From positions 26,288,001-26,352,000 of the forward strand of contig OZ024753.1 in the NCBI GenBank assembly GCA_964016885.1: 64,000 bases of DNA. Reading direction: 5' to 3'. The translations under genes and the position numbers were made by a program. The notes under the pieces are model-generated. The model was not told the DNA's origin. It was given only the letters and a program-made list of their open reading frames with translations, and did not search any database. Source of the DNA: Eledone cirrhosa. Its lineage: Eukaryota. Within the stretch, counting starts at the first letter, position 1, and each line of letters opens with the position of its first letter. This document shows positions 51,732 to 64,000 of this stretch, piece after piece.

Positions 51732-52030
51732 CTTGTGAGTGCAAGCTCACCTTTATCATTTTGGAAACACTTCTCTGCAATGACATCACAATTCTCTCTG
51801 ACACACTGCCTCGCAATCTGGAACACTTCCTGTTTCTGTTCCTCGCGTTGCAAAACATGCTTGAATTTTCTATCCTCTGCTTCCCTTCTAGCTAAGTATA
51901 CTTGTCGCCTAGCTTCCCTCCTGGTCTCTATGTAATGTGCCCTGTTCTTCCATTCTTTCCATGCCTGTCTCTTAACCTTAACTGCCTCATCTACCATATT
52001 GTTCCACCACCAAGTCACTCTCATCCTCCC
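51732..52030 (-). mobile_element. RTE family B linker fragment, duplicate of 9675-9973
   Basis: ORF 51716..52024. Confidence 0.85.
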
Positions 52031-52979
52031 TGTATATATCTTTTTATCATTATCTTTTTCTCAAATATAGACAAATTACGACACACACAAATATTATGCA
52101 TGGATATGTTACCTGGAAGCTGGAGAGTGAGAATAATATAGATGATAAAAGTCTATCTTCAGCAACAAGTGCTATATTGTCTCCCATGTTGAAAGATATT
52201 ATTTTACAATATAAGAACTTGAAACTAAGACTAACTGAGACACAGAATAGATAAGGATGTACACAAAAGACCTAGATGTGAAAAGAAGTGGAAATTGTGC
52301 AGATTGAACATTGAAGATGTGACCGATGTGAAGTAGCTGTGGAAAGATGTGGCGAAAATAGTGAAGAATGCAATCTCTAGAAAGGTCATCCCCAAAAGTA
52401 AACATTGGGAGTTACAGCAACGTTTTAAGACATAGAAAGAGTAGTTGTGAATTGTTCCGGTGAAAAGCAATGAAACGGAAGCATACCAGACGACGTTCAG
52501 CAGTTGGAGTTCGCTGCCAAGCGGATACCAATATAATATTACATATTAGGGAATCAGATAGTTTGTCTTTATTTCCTGTTATTTTATTGCAAAAGCGTAT
52601 CCTTGAAACTGAGAGACAATATAGTGTTGGTGAAGATAATATAATTTGTTTATCTATATTACTCTCTATGCAGAAATAAGGAAACATTTGCACATGGTCG
52701 ACCCTGACTATACATTCATATTAGTTGTGAAGCTTTGCTTTAGAGAAACAGAAAGAAGACGACTATATATGTAATTCGAAGTATAATCGAATTAAGTATG
52801 ATAAAAAATATTTGAAACATTGGAGATGATGTGCATCTAAATACTAAGCATATACAGATGCACACATAAGTGAAAAGCAACACAAGCACACACAAATAGA
52901 TGGATAACTGCACACACATGCATACATATCTACCTAGTTGATGTTTAAATTGCAACAAGTCGTGTCATCATCTTCATCA

Positions 52980-55900
52980 CCTCCTAACATAGGTAATGGC
53001 ACTCTCCCAACATAGGTAGCGCCACCCTCCCAACATAGGTAACGGCACCCTCCCAACATAGGTAACGGCACCCTCCTAACATAGGTAACGGCACCCTTCC
53101 AACATAGGTAACGGCACCCTCCCAACATAGGTAACGGCACCCTCCTAACATAGGTAACGGCACCCTTCCAACATAGGTAATGGTACCCTCCTAACATAGA
53201 TAACACCACCCTTCTACATAGGTAATGGCACGCTCCCAACATATGTAAAGGCACCCTCCCAACATAGATAATGGGAATCTCCCAACATAGTTAACGGCAA
53301 CCTTCCAACATAGGTAGTGGCACCCTTCCAACGTAGGTAAAGACACCTTTCTAACACGGGTAACGGCACCCTCCTAACATAGGTAACGGCACCCTCCCAA
53401 CATAGGTAACGGCACCCTACCAGCATAGGTAACGGCACTCTCCCAACATAGGTAACGGCACCCTCCCAACATAGGTAACGGCACCCTCCTAACATAGGTA
53501 ATGGCACTCTCCCAACATAGGTAATCGCACCCTCCTAACGTAGGTAATGGCACCTTTCCAACATAGGTAATGGCACTCTCCCAACATAGGTAACGGCACC
53601 CTCCTAACATAGCTAATGGTACCCTTCCAACATAGGTAATGGCACCCTCTTACATAGGTAATGGCACTCTCCCAACATAGGTAACGGCACCCTCCTAACA
53701 TAGGTAACGACACCCTCCTAACATAGGTAACGGCACTCTCCCAACATAGGTAACGGCACCCTCCCAACATAGGTAACGGTACCCTCCCAACATAGGTAAT
53801 GGCACTCCCAACATAGGTAACGGCACCTTCCCAACATGGGTGACGGCACCCTCCTAACATAGGTAACGGCACCCTTCCAACATAGGTAATGGCACCCTCC
53901 TAACATAGGTAATGGCGCCCCCCCCCTAATGTAGGTAATGGCACTCTCCCAACATAGGTAACGGTACCCTCCCATTATAGGTAACGGCACCCTCCTAACA
54001 TAGGTAACGACACTCTCCCAACATAGGTAACGGCACTCTCCCAACATAGGTAATGGCATCCTCCCAACATAGGTAACGGCACCCTCCTAACATAGGTATT
54101 GGCACTCTCCCAACATAGGTAACGGCACCCTCCTAACATAGGTAACGACACTCTCCCAACATAGTTAACGGCACTCTCCCAACATAGGTAATGACACCCT
54201 TCCAACATAGGTAATGGCACTTTTCTAACATAGGTAACGGCACCCTCCTAACATACGTAACGGCACCCTCCCAACATAGGTAACGGCACTCTCCCAACAT
54301 AGGTAACGGCACTCTCCTAACATAGGTAACGGCACCTTCCTAACATAGGTAATGGCACTCTCCCAACATAGGTAACGGGACCCTCCCAACATAGGTTACG
54401 GCACTCTCCCAACATAGGTAACGGTACCCTTCAAACATATGTAACGGAAGCCTCCTAACATAGGTATTGGCACTCTCCCAACATAGGTAACGGCACCCTC
54501 CCAACATAGGTAATGGCACTCTCCAAACATAGGTAACGGCACCCTCCAAACATAGGTAACGGCACCCTCCCAACATAGGTAACGCCACCCTCCTACCATA
54601 GGTAACAGAACCCTCCTAACATAGGTAATGTCACTCTCCGAACATAGGTAATGGCACCCTCCCACCATAGGTAATGGCACACTCCCAACATAGGTAACGG
54701 CACCCTCTCAACATAGGTAACGGCACTCTCCTAACATAGGGAACGGCACCCTCCTAGCATAGGTAACGGCACCCTTCCAACATAGGTAATGGCACCATTC
54801 CAACATAGATAATGGCACCCTCCCACCATAGGTAATGGCACCCTCCTAACATAGGTAACGGCACCCTCCTAACATAGGTAATGGCACTCTCCCAACATAG
54901 GTAACGGCACACTTCCAACGTAGGTTACGGTACTCTCCCAACATAGGTAACGGCACCCTCAAACAGGTAACGGCACCTTCATAACATAGGTAACGGCGCC
55001 CTCCTAACATAGGTAATGGCACTCTCCTAACATAGGTAACTCCACCCTCCCAACATAGGTAACGGCACCTTTCCAACATAAGTATTGGCACCCTCCTAAG
55101 ATAGGTAATCGCACCCTTCCAACATAGGTAATGACACCCTCCTAACATAGGTAACGGCACCCTGCCAACATAGGTAATGGCACTCTCCTAACATAGGTAA
55201 CGGCACCCTCCCATTATAGGTAACGGCTCCCTCCTAACATAGGTAATTGCAATCTCCCAACATAGGTAACGCCACCCTCCCAACATAGGAAACGGCACAC
55301 TTCCAACATAGGTAATGGCACCCTACTAAGATAGGTAATGGCACCCTTCCAACATAGGTAATGGCATTCTCCGAACATAGGTAACGGCACCGTCCCAACA
55401 TAGGTAACGGCATCCTCCTAACATATGTAGCGGCACCCTCCCAACATAGGTAACGACACACTCCTAATATAGGTAATGGCATTCTACCAACATAGGTAAC
55501 GGAACACTCCCAACATCGGTAACGGCACTCTCCTAACATATGTAGCGGCAACCTCCTTACATAGGTACCGGAACCTTCCAACATAGGTAACGGCACCCTC
55601 CCAACATAGGTAATGGCACTCTCCCAACATAGGTAACGGCACCCTCCCAACATAGGTAACGGCACTCTCCTAACATAGGTAACGGCACCCTCCCAACATA
55701 GGTGACGGCACCCTCCTAACATAGGTAATTGCACTCTCCCAACATAGGTAACGCCACCCTCCCAACATAGGTAACGGCACCCTTCCAACATAGGTAATGG
55801 CACCCTCCCAATGTAGGTTACGGTACACTCCCAACATAGGTAACGGCACCCTCAAACAGGTAACGGCACCTTCCTAACATAGGTAACGGCGCCCTCCTAA

Positions 55901-58900
55901 CATAGGTAATAGCACTCTCCTAACGTAGGTAACTACACCCTCCCAACATAGGTAACGGCACCTTTCCAACATGGGTAATGGCACCCGCCTAAGATAGGTA
56001 ACGGCACCCTGCCAACATAGGTAACGCCACCCTCCCAACATAGGTAACGGCACCCTTCCAACATAGGTAATGGCACCCTCCTAAGATAGGTAATGACACC
56101 CTTCCAACATAGGTAATGGCACTCTCCCAACATAGGTAACGGCACCCTCCCAACATAGGTAATGGCACTCTCCCAACATAGGTAACGGCACCCTCCTAAC
56201 ATAGGTTACGGCACCCTCCTAACATATGTAGCGCCACTCTCCCAACATAGGTAACGACACCCTCCTAGAATAGGTAACGCCACCCTCCCAACATAGGTTA
56301 CGGCACTCTCCCAACATAGGTAATGGCACCCTCCTAACATAGGTAATGGCACCCTTCCAACATAGGTAATGGCACCCTCCTAACATAGGTAACGGCACCC
56401 TCCCAACATAGGTAACTGCACCCTCCCAACATAGGTAATGGCACTTTCCCAACATAGGTAACGGCACCCTCCTAACATAGGTAACGGCACCCTCCTAACA
56501 TATGTAACGGCACCCTTCCAACATAGGTAACGGCACCTTCCTAACATAGGTAATGGCACTCTCCCAACATAGGTAACGGGACCCTCCCAACATAGGTTAC
56601 GACACTCTCCCAACATAGGTAACGGTACCCTTCAAACATATGTAACGGCAGCCTCCTAACATAGGTAACGGCTCCCTCCTAACATAGGTATTGGCACTCT
56701 CCCAACATAGGTAACGGCACCCTCCCAACATAGGTAATGGCACTCTCCAAACATAGGTAACGGCACCCTCCAAACATAGGTAACGGCACCCTCCCAACAT
56801 AGGTAACGCCACCCTCCTACCATAGGTAACAGAACCCACCTAACATAGGTAATGTCACTCTCCGAACATAGGTAATGGCACCCTCCCACCATAGGTAATG
56901 GCACACTCCCAACATAGGTAACGGCACCCTCACAACATAGGTAACAGCACTCTCCTAACATAGGGAACGGCACCCTCCTAGCATAGGTAACGGCACCCTC
57001 CCACCATAGGTAATGGCACCCTCCTAACATAGGTAACGGCACCCTCCTAACATAGTTAATGGCACTCTCCCAACATAGGTAACGGCACGCTCCCAACGTA
57101 GGTTACGGTACTCTCCCAACATAGGTAACGGCACCCTCAAACAGGAACGGCACCCTTCCAACATAGGTAACGGCGCCCTCCTAACATAGGTAATGGCACT
57201 CTCCTAACATAGGTAACTCCACCCTCCCAACATAGGTAACGGCACCTTTCCAACATAGGTAATGGCACCCTCCTAAGATAGGTAATCGCACCCTTCCAAC
57301 ATAGGTAATGACACCCTCCTAACATAGGTAACGGCACCCTGCCAACATAGGTAATGGCACTCTCCTAACATAGGTAACGGCACCCTCCCATTATAGGTAA
57401 CGGCTCCCTCCTAACATAGGTAATTGCACTCTCCCAACATAGGTAACGCCACCCTCCCAACATAGGAAACGGCACACTTCCAACATAGGTAATGGCACCC
57501 TACTAAGATAGGTAATGGCACCCTTCCAACATAGGTGACGGCACCCTCCTAACATATGTAACGGCACCCTACTAACATATGTAACGGCACCCTTCCAACA
57601 TAGGTAACGCCTCACACCCAACATAGGAAACGGCAAACTTCCAACATAGGTAATGGCACCCTCCCAAGATAGGTAACGGCACCGTCAAACAGGTAACGGC
57701 ACCTTCCTAACATAGGTAACGGCGCCCTCCTAACATAGGTAATGGCACTCTCCTAACATAGGTAACTCCACCCTCCCAACATAGGTAGCGGCACCCTTCC
57801 AACATAGGTAATGGCACCCTCCTAAAATAGGTAATGGCACCCTTCCAACATAGGTAATGGCACCCTCCTAACATAGGTAACGGCACCCTCAAAACATAGG
57901 TAACGGCAGCCTCCTAACATAGGTAATGGCACCCTTCCAACATAGGTAATGGCACCCTCCTAACATAGGTAACGGCACTCTCCCAACATAGGTAACGGCA
58001 CCCTCCCAACATAGGTAATGGTACTCTCCTACCATAGGTAACGGCACCCTCCTAACATAGGCAATGGCACTCTCCCAACATAGGTAACGGCACCTTCCCA
58101 ACATAGGTAATGGCACTCTCCCAACATTGGTAACGGCACTCTCCCAACATAGGTAACCGCACCCTCCTAACATATTCAGAGGCACCCTCCCAACATAGGT
58201 AACTGCACCCTTCCAACATAGGTAATGGCACCCTCCTAACATAGGTAAATGCACCCTCCCAACATAGGTAATGGCACACTCCCAACAGGTAATGGCAGCC
58301 TTCTAACATAGCTAATGGCACCCTCCTTACATAGATAATAGCACTCTCCCAACATAGATAACGGCACTCTCCCAACAAAGGTAATGGCACCCTCCCAACA
58401 TAGGTAACGGCACCCTCCAAACATAGGTAACGGCACCCTCCCAACATAGGTAACGACACCCTCATACCATAGGTAACGTCACCATCCTAACATAGTCAAT
58501 GGAACTCTCCCAACATAGGTAACGGCACCCTCCCAACATAGATAATGGCACTCTCCCAACATAGGTAACTGCAACCTCCAAACATAGGTTACGGCACCCT
58601 CCCAACAAAGGTAACGGCACCCTCCTAACATAGGTAACGGCACCCTACAAACATAGGGTAATGGCACTCTCCCAACATAATGGCACTCTCCCAACATAGG
58701 TAATGGCACTCTCCCAACATAGGTTACGGAACTCTCCCAACATAGGTAACGGCACCCTCCCGACATAGGTAAGGGCACTCTCCCAACATAGTCAGTGGAA
58801 CTCTCCCAACATAGGTAACGGCACCCTCCCAACATAGATAATGGCACTCTCCCAACATAGATTACGAACTCTCCCAACATAGGTATTGGCTCCCTTCCAA

Positions 58901-60633
58901 CATAGGTAATGGCACCCTCCTAATATAGGTAATGGCACCCTTCCAAAATAGGTGAAGGCACACCCCTAACATCGGTAACGGCACCCTCCAAACATAGGTA
59001 ACGGCACTCTCCCAACATAGGTAACGGCACCCTCCCAACATAGGTTACGGCACTCTCCCTAACATAGTTAATGGCACCCTCCTAAGATAGGTAATGGCAC
59101 CCTTCCAAAATAGGTAATGGCACCCTCCTAACATAGGTAACGGCACTCTCCCAACATAGGTAACGGCACCCTCCTAACATAGGCAATGGAACTCTCCCAA
59201 CATAGGTAATGGCACCCTCCCAACATAGGTAACGGCACCCTCCCAACATAGGTAACGGCACCCTCCTAACATATGTAGCGGCACCCTCCAAACCTAGGTA
59301 ACGATACCCTCCTACCATAGGTAACGGCACCCTCCCAACAGGTAACGGCACCTTCCTAACATAGGTAACGGCGCCCTCCTAAAATAGGTGATGGCACTCT
59401 CCTAACATAGGTAACGGCACCCTCCTAACATAGGTAAAAGCACCCTCCCAACATTGATAACGGCTTTCTCCTAACATATGTAGCGGCACCCTCCCAACAT
59501 ACGTAACGTCAATCTCCCAACATAGATAACGGCAACCTCCCAACATAGGTATCAACACTCTCCTAACATAGGTAACGATACCCTCCTACCATAGGTAACG
59601 GCACCCTCCCAACAGATAACGGCACCCTCCCAACATAGGTAACGGCACCCTCCTAACAGGGGTAATAGCAACATATGTAACTGCACTCTCCCAACATAGG
59701 TAATGGCACTCTCCCAACATAGGCAACGGCACCCTCCTAACATAGGTAACGGCACTCTCCCAACATAGGTAACGGCACCCTCCTAACATAGGTAATGGCA
59801 CTCTCCTAACAGAGCTAATGGCACCCTTCCAACATAGGTAATGGCACCCTACTAACATGTAACGGCACCCTCCCAAAATAGGTTATGGCACCCTCCCAAC
59901 ATAGGTAATGTCACTCTCCCAACATAGTAACGGCACTCTCCTAACATAGGTAACGGCACCCTCCTAACATATCTAGAGGCACCCTCCCAACATAAGTAAC
60001 GGCACCCTACCAACATTGGTAATGGCACCCTCCTAACATAGGTAAATGCACCCTCCCAACATAGGTAACGACACACTCCTAACATAGGTAACGACAGCCT
60101 CCTAACATAGGTAATGGTACTTTCCCAACATAGGTAAGGGAACCCTCCCAACATAGGTAAAGGCACTCTCCCAACATAGGTAACGACACACTCCTAACAT
60201 AGGTAACGGCACCCTTCCAACATAGGTAATTGCACCCTCCTAACATAGATAAAGGCACCCTCCCAACATAAGTAACGTCACCCTCCTAACATAGGTAACG
60301 GGACCCTCGTAACATAGGTAATGGCACTCTCCCAACTTAGGTAAATGCAACCTCCCAACATAGGTAAATGCAACCTCCCAACATAGGTAACGCCACCCTC
60401 CCAACATAGGTAACGGAATTCTTCCAACATAGGTAACGGCACCCTCCAAACATAGGTAACGGCACCCTTCCAACATAGGTAATGGCTCCATCCTAACATA
60501 GGTAACAGCACCTCCCCACATTGGCACTCTCCCAACCTAGGGTGCCGTTACCTATGTTAGGAGGGGGCCATTACCTGTGTTGGGAGGGTGCCGTTACCTA
60601 TGTTGGGAGAGTGCCATTACCTATGTTGGGAGC
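52980..60633. repeat. 23-bp tandem satellite (~330 units); the last ~4 units are inverted
   Basis: Consensus (C/T)AACATAGGTAA(C/T)GGCAC(C/T)CTCC. The 23-aa periodicity of the spurious ORFs (69 nt = 3 units) confirms the period. Strand flip at ~60538. Confidence 0.97.
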
Positions 60634-63600
60634 GTTCCCGTTAAATCAATGTGAAAAACGCATATTAATCTTTTTTCAAAAACCTAAAGAAATCAATTTT
60701 CGAAAAAAAATTAATATGCGTTTCTCAAATTGATTTTTTAGGTTTTTTCACAAGTTGATATTTTTATATTTTTTGAAATACTGTATAAAAAAATCAATTT
60801 GTGAAAAAACCTAAAAAAATCAATTTTCGAACTCGATTATATAAAGGTTTTCGAAAAAAAATTAATATGCGTTTTTCAAGTTGCGTTAATCTGCAAAATT
60901 TGAAAACAAAATTTGAAACTAAATATTTCGAAAGCATTAATTTTTTACGTTTTTTTTAAATTTCGAAAATCAGAAAAACGTAAAAAAGGTTAATGCAAGA
61001 AGTATATATTTCGAAAAACCTAAAGAAATCAATTTTAGACATTGATTTCGAAAAAATATTAATATGCGTTTTTCTAATTGCGTTTTTCGAAACTTCTGAT
61101 TTTTTTAGGTTTTTCAAAAAGAATTTAATCTTTAAAGTAAATATTTCGAAATCATTAATTTTTTACGTTTTTCGAAATATATACTTATGCAAAGATTAAT
61201 TTTTTTTTGAAGTTTTTCTGATTTTCCAAAATTTAAAAAAAACGTAAAAAATTAATGATTTCGAGATATATACTTTCTGGCTTCAAATTTTGCAGATTAA
61301 ATTCTTTTCCAGAAATCTAAGAAAAATCAGGTTTCGGAAAACCCATATTAATTTTTTTTCGAAAACCTTATATAATCAATTTCGAAAATTGATTTTTTTT
61401 AGGCTTTTCGAAATATATTTTGCATTAATCTTTTTACGTTTTTCTGATTTTCGAAATTTAAAAAAATCGTAAAAAATTAATGCTTTCGAAATAATTACTT
61501 TCTGGTTTCAAATTTTGCAGATTAAATTCTTTTCGAAGTTTCGAATATTAATTATTTTTCGAAGACCTTATATAATCAATTTATTTATACTTTTAGAAAT
61601 ATTTATATCTAATTTTAAAAATTGATTCTTTTAGGTTTTTTGAAAAAGAATCGATATGCTTTCACAGATTGATTATCTACACAGTTTTTCAAAAAATGTA
61701 AAAAAATCAATAATCTTTTTACGTCTTTCTGATTTTCGAAATTTAAAAAAAACGTAAAAATGCTTTCGAAATAATTACTTTCTGGTTTCAAATTTTGCAG
61801 ATTAAATTCTTTTTAATAAAAAAAATCAGGTTTCAAAAAACGCAATTTTGAAAACGCATATTCTATTTTTTTATAGTTTTAGAAATATATATATATCTCA
61901 TTTCAAAAATTGATTTTCTTAGGTTTTTTGATATGTTTTCACAAATTGATTTTTTACACAGTATTTTAAAAAATGTCAAAATATCTATTTGTGAAAAAAC
62001 CTAAAATATCAATTTGAAAAACGCATATTAATTTTTTTCCAAAATTGATTTCTTTAGGTTTTTTCGAAATATATACTTCTGAACTAATCTTTTTACGTTT
62101 TTCTGATTTTCGAAATTTTAAAAAATCGTAAAAAATTAATGCTTTCTAAATATTTACTTTCTGGTTTCAAATTTTGCAAATTAAATTCTTTTTGAAAAAC
62201 CTAAAAAAAATCAGATTTCGAAAAACGCAATTTTAAAAACGCATATTAATTTTCTTTCAAAGACCTTATATAATCAATTATACTTTTAAAAATATTTATA
62301 TCTGATTTCAAAAATTGATTTTTTTAGATTGCTTTTTGAAAAAGTATCGATATTCACAAATTGTTTTTTTACACAGTATTTCAAAAAATGTAAAAAAAAT
62401 CAATAATCTTTTTACGTCTTTCTGATTTTCGAAATAAAACGTAAAAATGCTTTCGAAATATTTACTTTCTGGTTTCAAATTTTCCAAATTAAATTTTTTT
62501 CGAAATACCTAAAAATAATCAGAAGTTTCGAAAACTTGAAAAACGCATATTAATTTTTTTCAAAAATTGATTATATACTTTTGCATTAATCTTTTTACGT
62601 TTTTATGATTTTCGAAAATTGATTATATACTTGTGCATTAATCTTTTTACGTTTTTATGATTTTCGAAAATTTATTATATACTTGTGCATTAATCTTTTT
62701 ACGTTTTTATGATTTTCGAAAATTGATTATATACTTATGCATTAATCTTTTTACGTTTTTATGATTTTCGAAATTTAAAAAAAAAACGTAAAAAATTAAT
62801 GCAGAAGTATATAATCAATTTTCGAAAAAAAATTAATATGCGTTTTTCAAATTTTCAAATTTTCAAAAATTAGAAGTTTCGAAAACTTGAAAAATGCATA
62901 TTAATTTTTTTTCGAAAATTGATTTTTTTTAGGCTTTTCGAAATATATTTTGCATTAATCTTTTTACGTTTTTGTAATTTTCGAAATTTAAAAAGAACGT
63001 AAAAAATTAATGTTTTCTAAATATTTACTTTCTGGTTTCAAATTTTGCAGAGTAAATTCTTTTCAAAAAACTTACAAAAAATCAGTAGTTTCGAAAAACG
63101 CAATTTGAAAAACTCATATTAATTTGTTTTAGACCTTATATAATCAATTTTTTTATACTTTTAGAAATATTTATATCTGATTTCAAAAATTGATTTTTTT
63201 AGGTCTTTTTGAAAAAGAATTATGTTTTAACAAATTGATTTTTTACACAGTAAATGTAAAGAAATCAATTTCAAAAACGCTTATTAATTTTTTTTCGAAA
63301 ATTAATTATATACTTCTGCATTAATCTTTTTACGTTTTTATGATTTTCGAAATTTAAAAAAAAAAATCAGAAGTTTCTTTTCGAAGACCTTATATAATCA
63401 ATTTTTTTATACTTTTAGAAATATTTATATCTGATTTCTAAAATTGATTTTTTTAGGTTTTTTTGAAAAAAAATTGATTTTTTTTATGATTTTCGAGATC
63501 GTAAATGTAAAAAAATCAATTTGAAAAACGCATATTAATTTTTTTTTAAAAATTGATTATATACTTTTGCATTAATCTTTTTACGTTTTTATGATTTTCG

Positions 63601-64000
63601 AGAATTGATTATATACTTCTGCATTAATCTTTTTCGAAATTTAAAAAAAAAACGTAAAAAATTAATGCAGAAGTATATAATCAATTTTCGAAAAAAAATT
63701 AATATGCGTTTTTCAAATTGATTTTTTTACATTTACTGTGTAAAAAATCAAAATAGAATATGAGTTTTTCAAATTGCGTTTTTCGAAACCTGATTTTTCT
63801 AGGTTTTTTGAAAAGAATTTAATCTGCAAAATTTGAAACCTGAAAGTAAATAATCTGCAAAATTTGAAACCAGAAAGTAGATATCTCGAAATCATTAATT
63901 TTTTACGTTTTTTTTAAATTTCGAAAATCAGTAAGACGTAAAAAGATTATTGATTTTTTTACATTTTTTTGAAATACCGTGTAGAAAATCAATTTGAGAA
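60634..64000. repeat. Very AT-rich modular repeat domain with direct and inverted blocks
   Basis: Recurring modules TTTTCGAAAA, AAAACGCATATTAAT and TTTCTGGTTTCAAATTTTGCAGATTAA; ~52-bp tandem units at ~62563-62772; 60884-60990 is the reverse complement of ~61420-61525. Confidence 0.9.

Noticed and set aside
52980-60633. CRISPR-like array, or repeat proteins LPMLGGCRYLCWEGAVTYVGRVP
   Set aside because: Units are head-to-tail with no unique spacers and no cas genes. The ORFs are the 23-bp unit read through three frames.

Overview
This is a eukaryotic, gene-poor window made almost entirely of transposons and satellites. The SINE/LINE tails and TA/TG/CA microsatellite mosaics suggest a cephalopod (Octopus-like) genome; this is inferred, not checked. 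No intact host gene is evident. Non-LTR content: two RTE-clade LINE families (family A has C-terminal C2H2 fingers; family B has a C4HC3 PHD-like finger inserted inside the RT domain), RTE-X fragments (one with a twin-priming 5' inversion), CR1-clade LINEs, a GC-rich CRE-clade RLE-type retroelement, a bipartite non-autonomous RTE derivative (2 copies) and tRNA-derived SINEs. A 5'-truncated Penelope-like element has 1508-bp inverted pLTRs, each carrying a minimal variant hammerhead ribozyme. A decayed Helitron and a TA-flanked MITE lie inside a ~10-kb segmental duplication (~580-10921 vs ~43427-52978). The window also holds a palindromic 67-bp minisatellite, a 7.6-kb 23-bp satellite with higher-order structure and an inverted tip, and a terminal AT-rich fold-back repeat domain. 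The best candidates for something new are the PHD-finger-in-RT LINE family and the PLE hammerhead/pLTR architecture, followed by the bipartite RTE derivative. All family assignments come from motif recognition by eye, not database searches.
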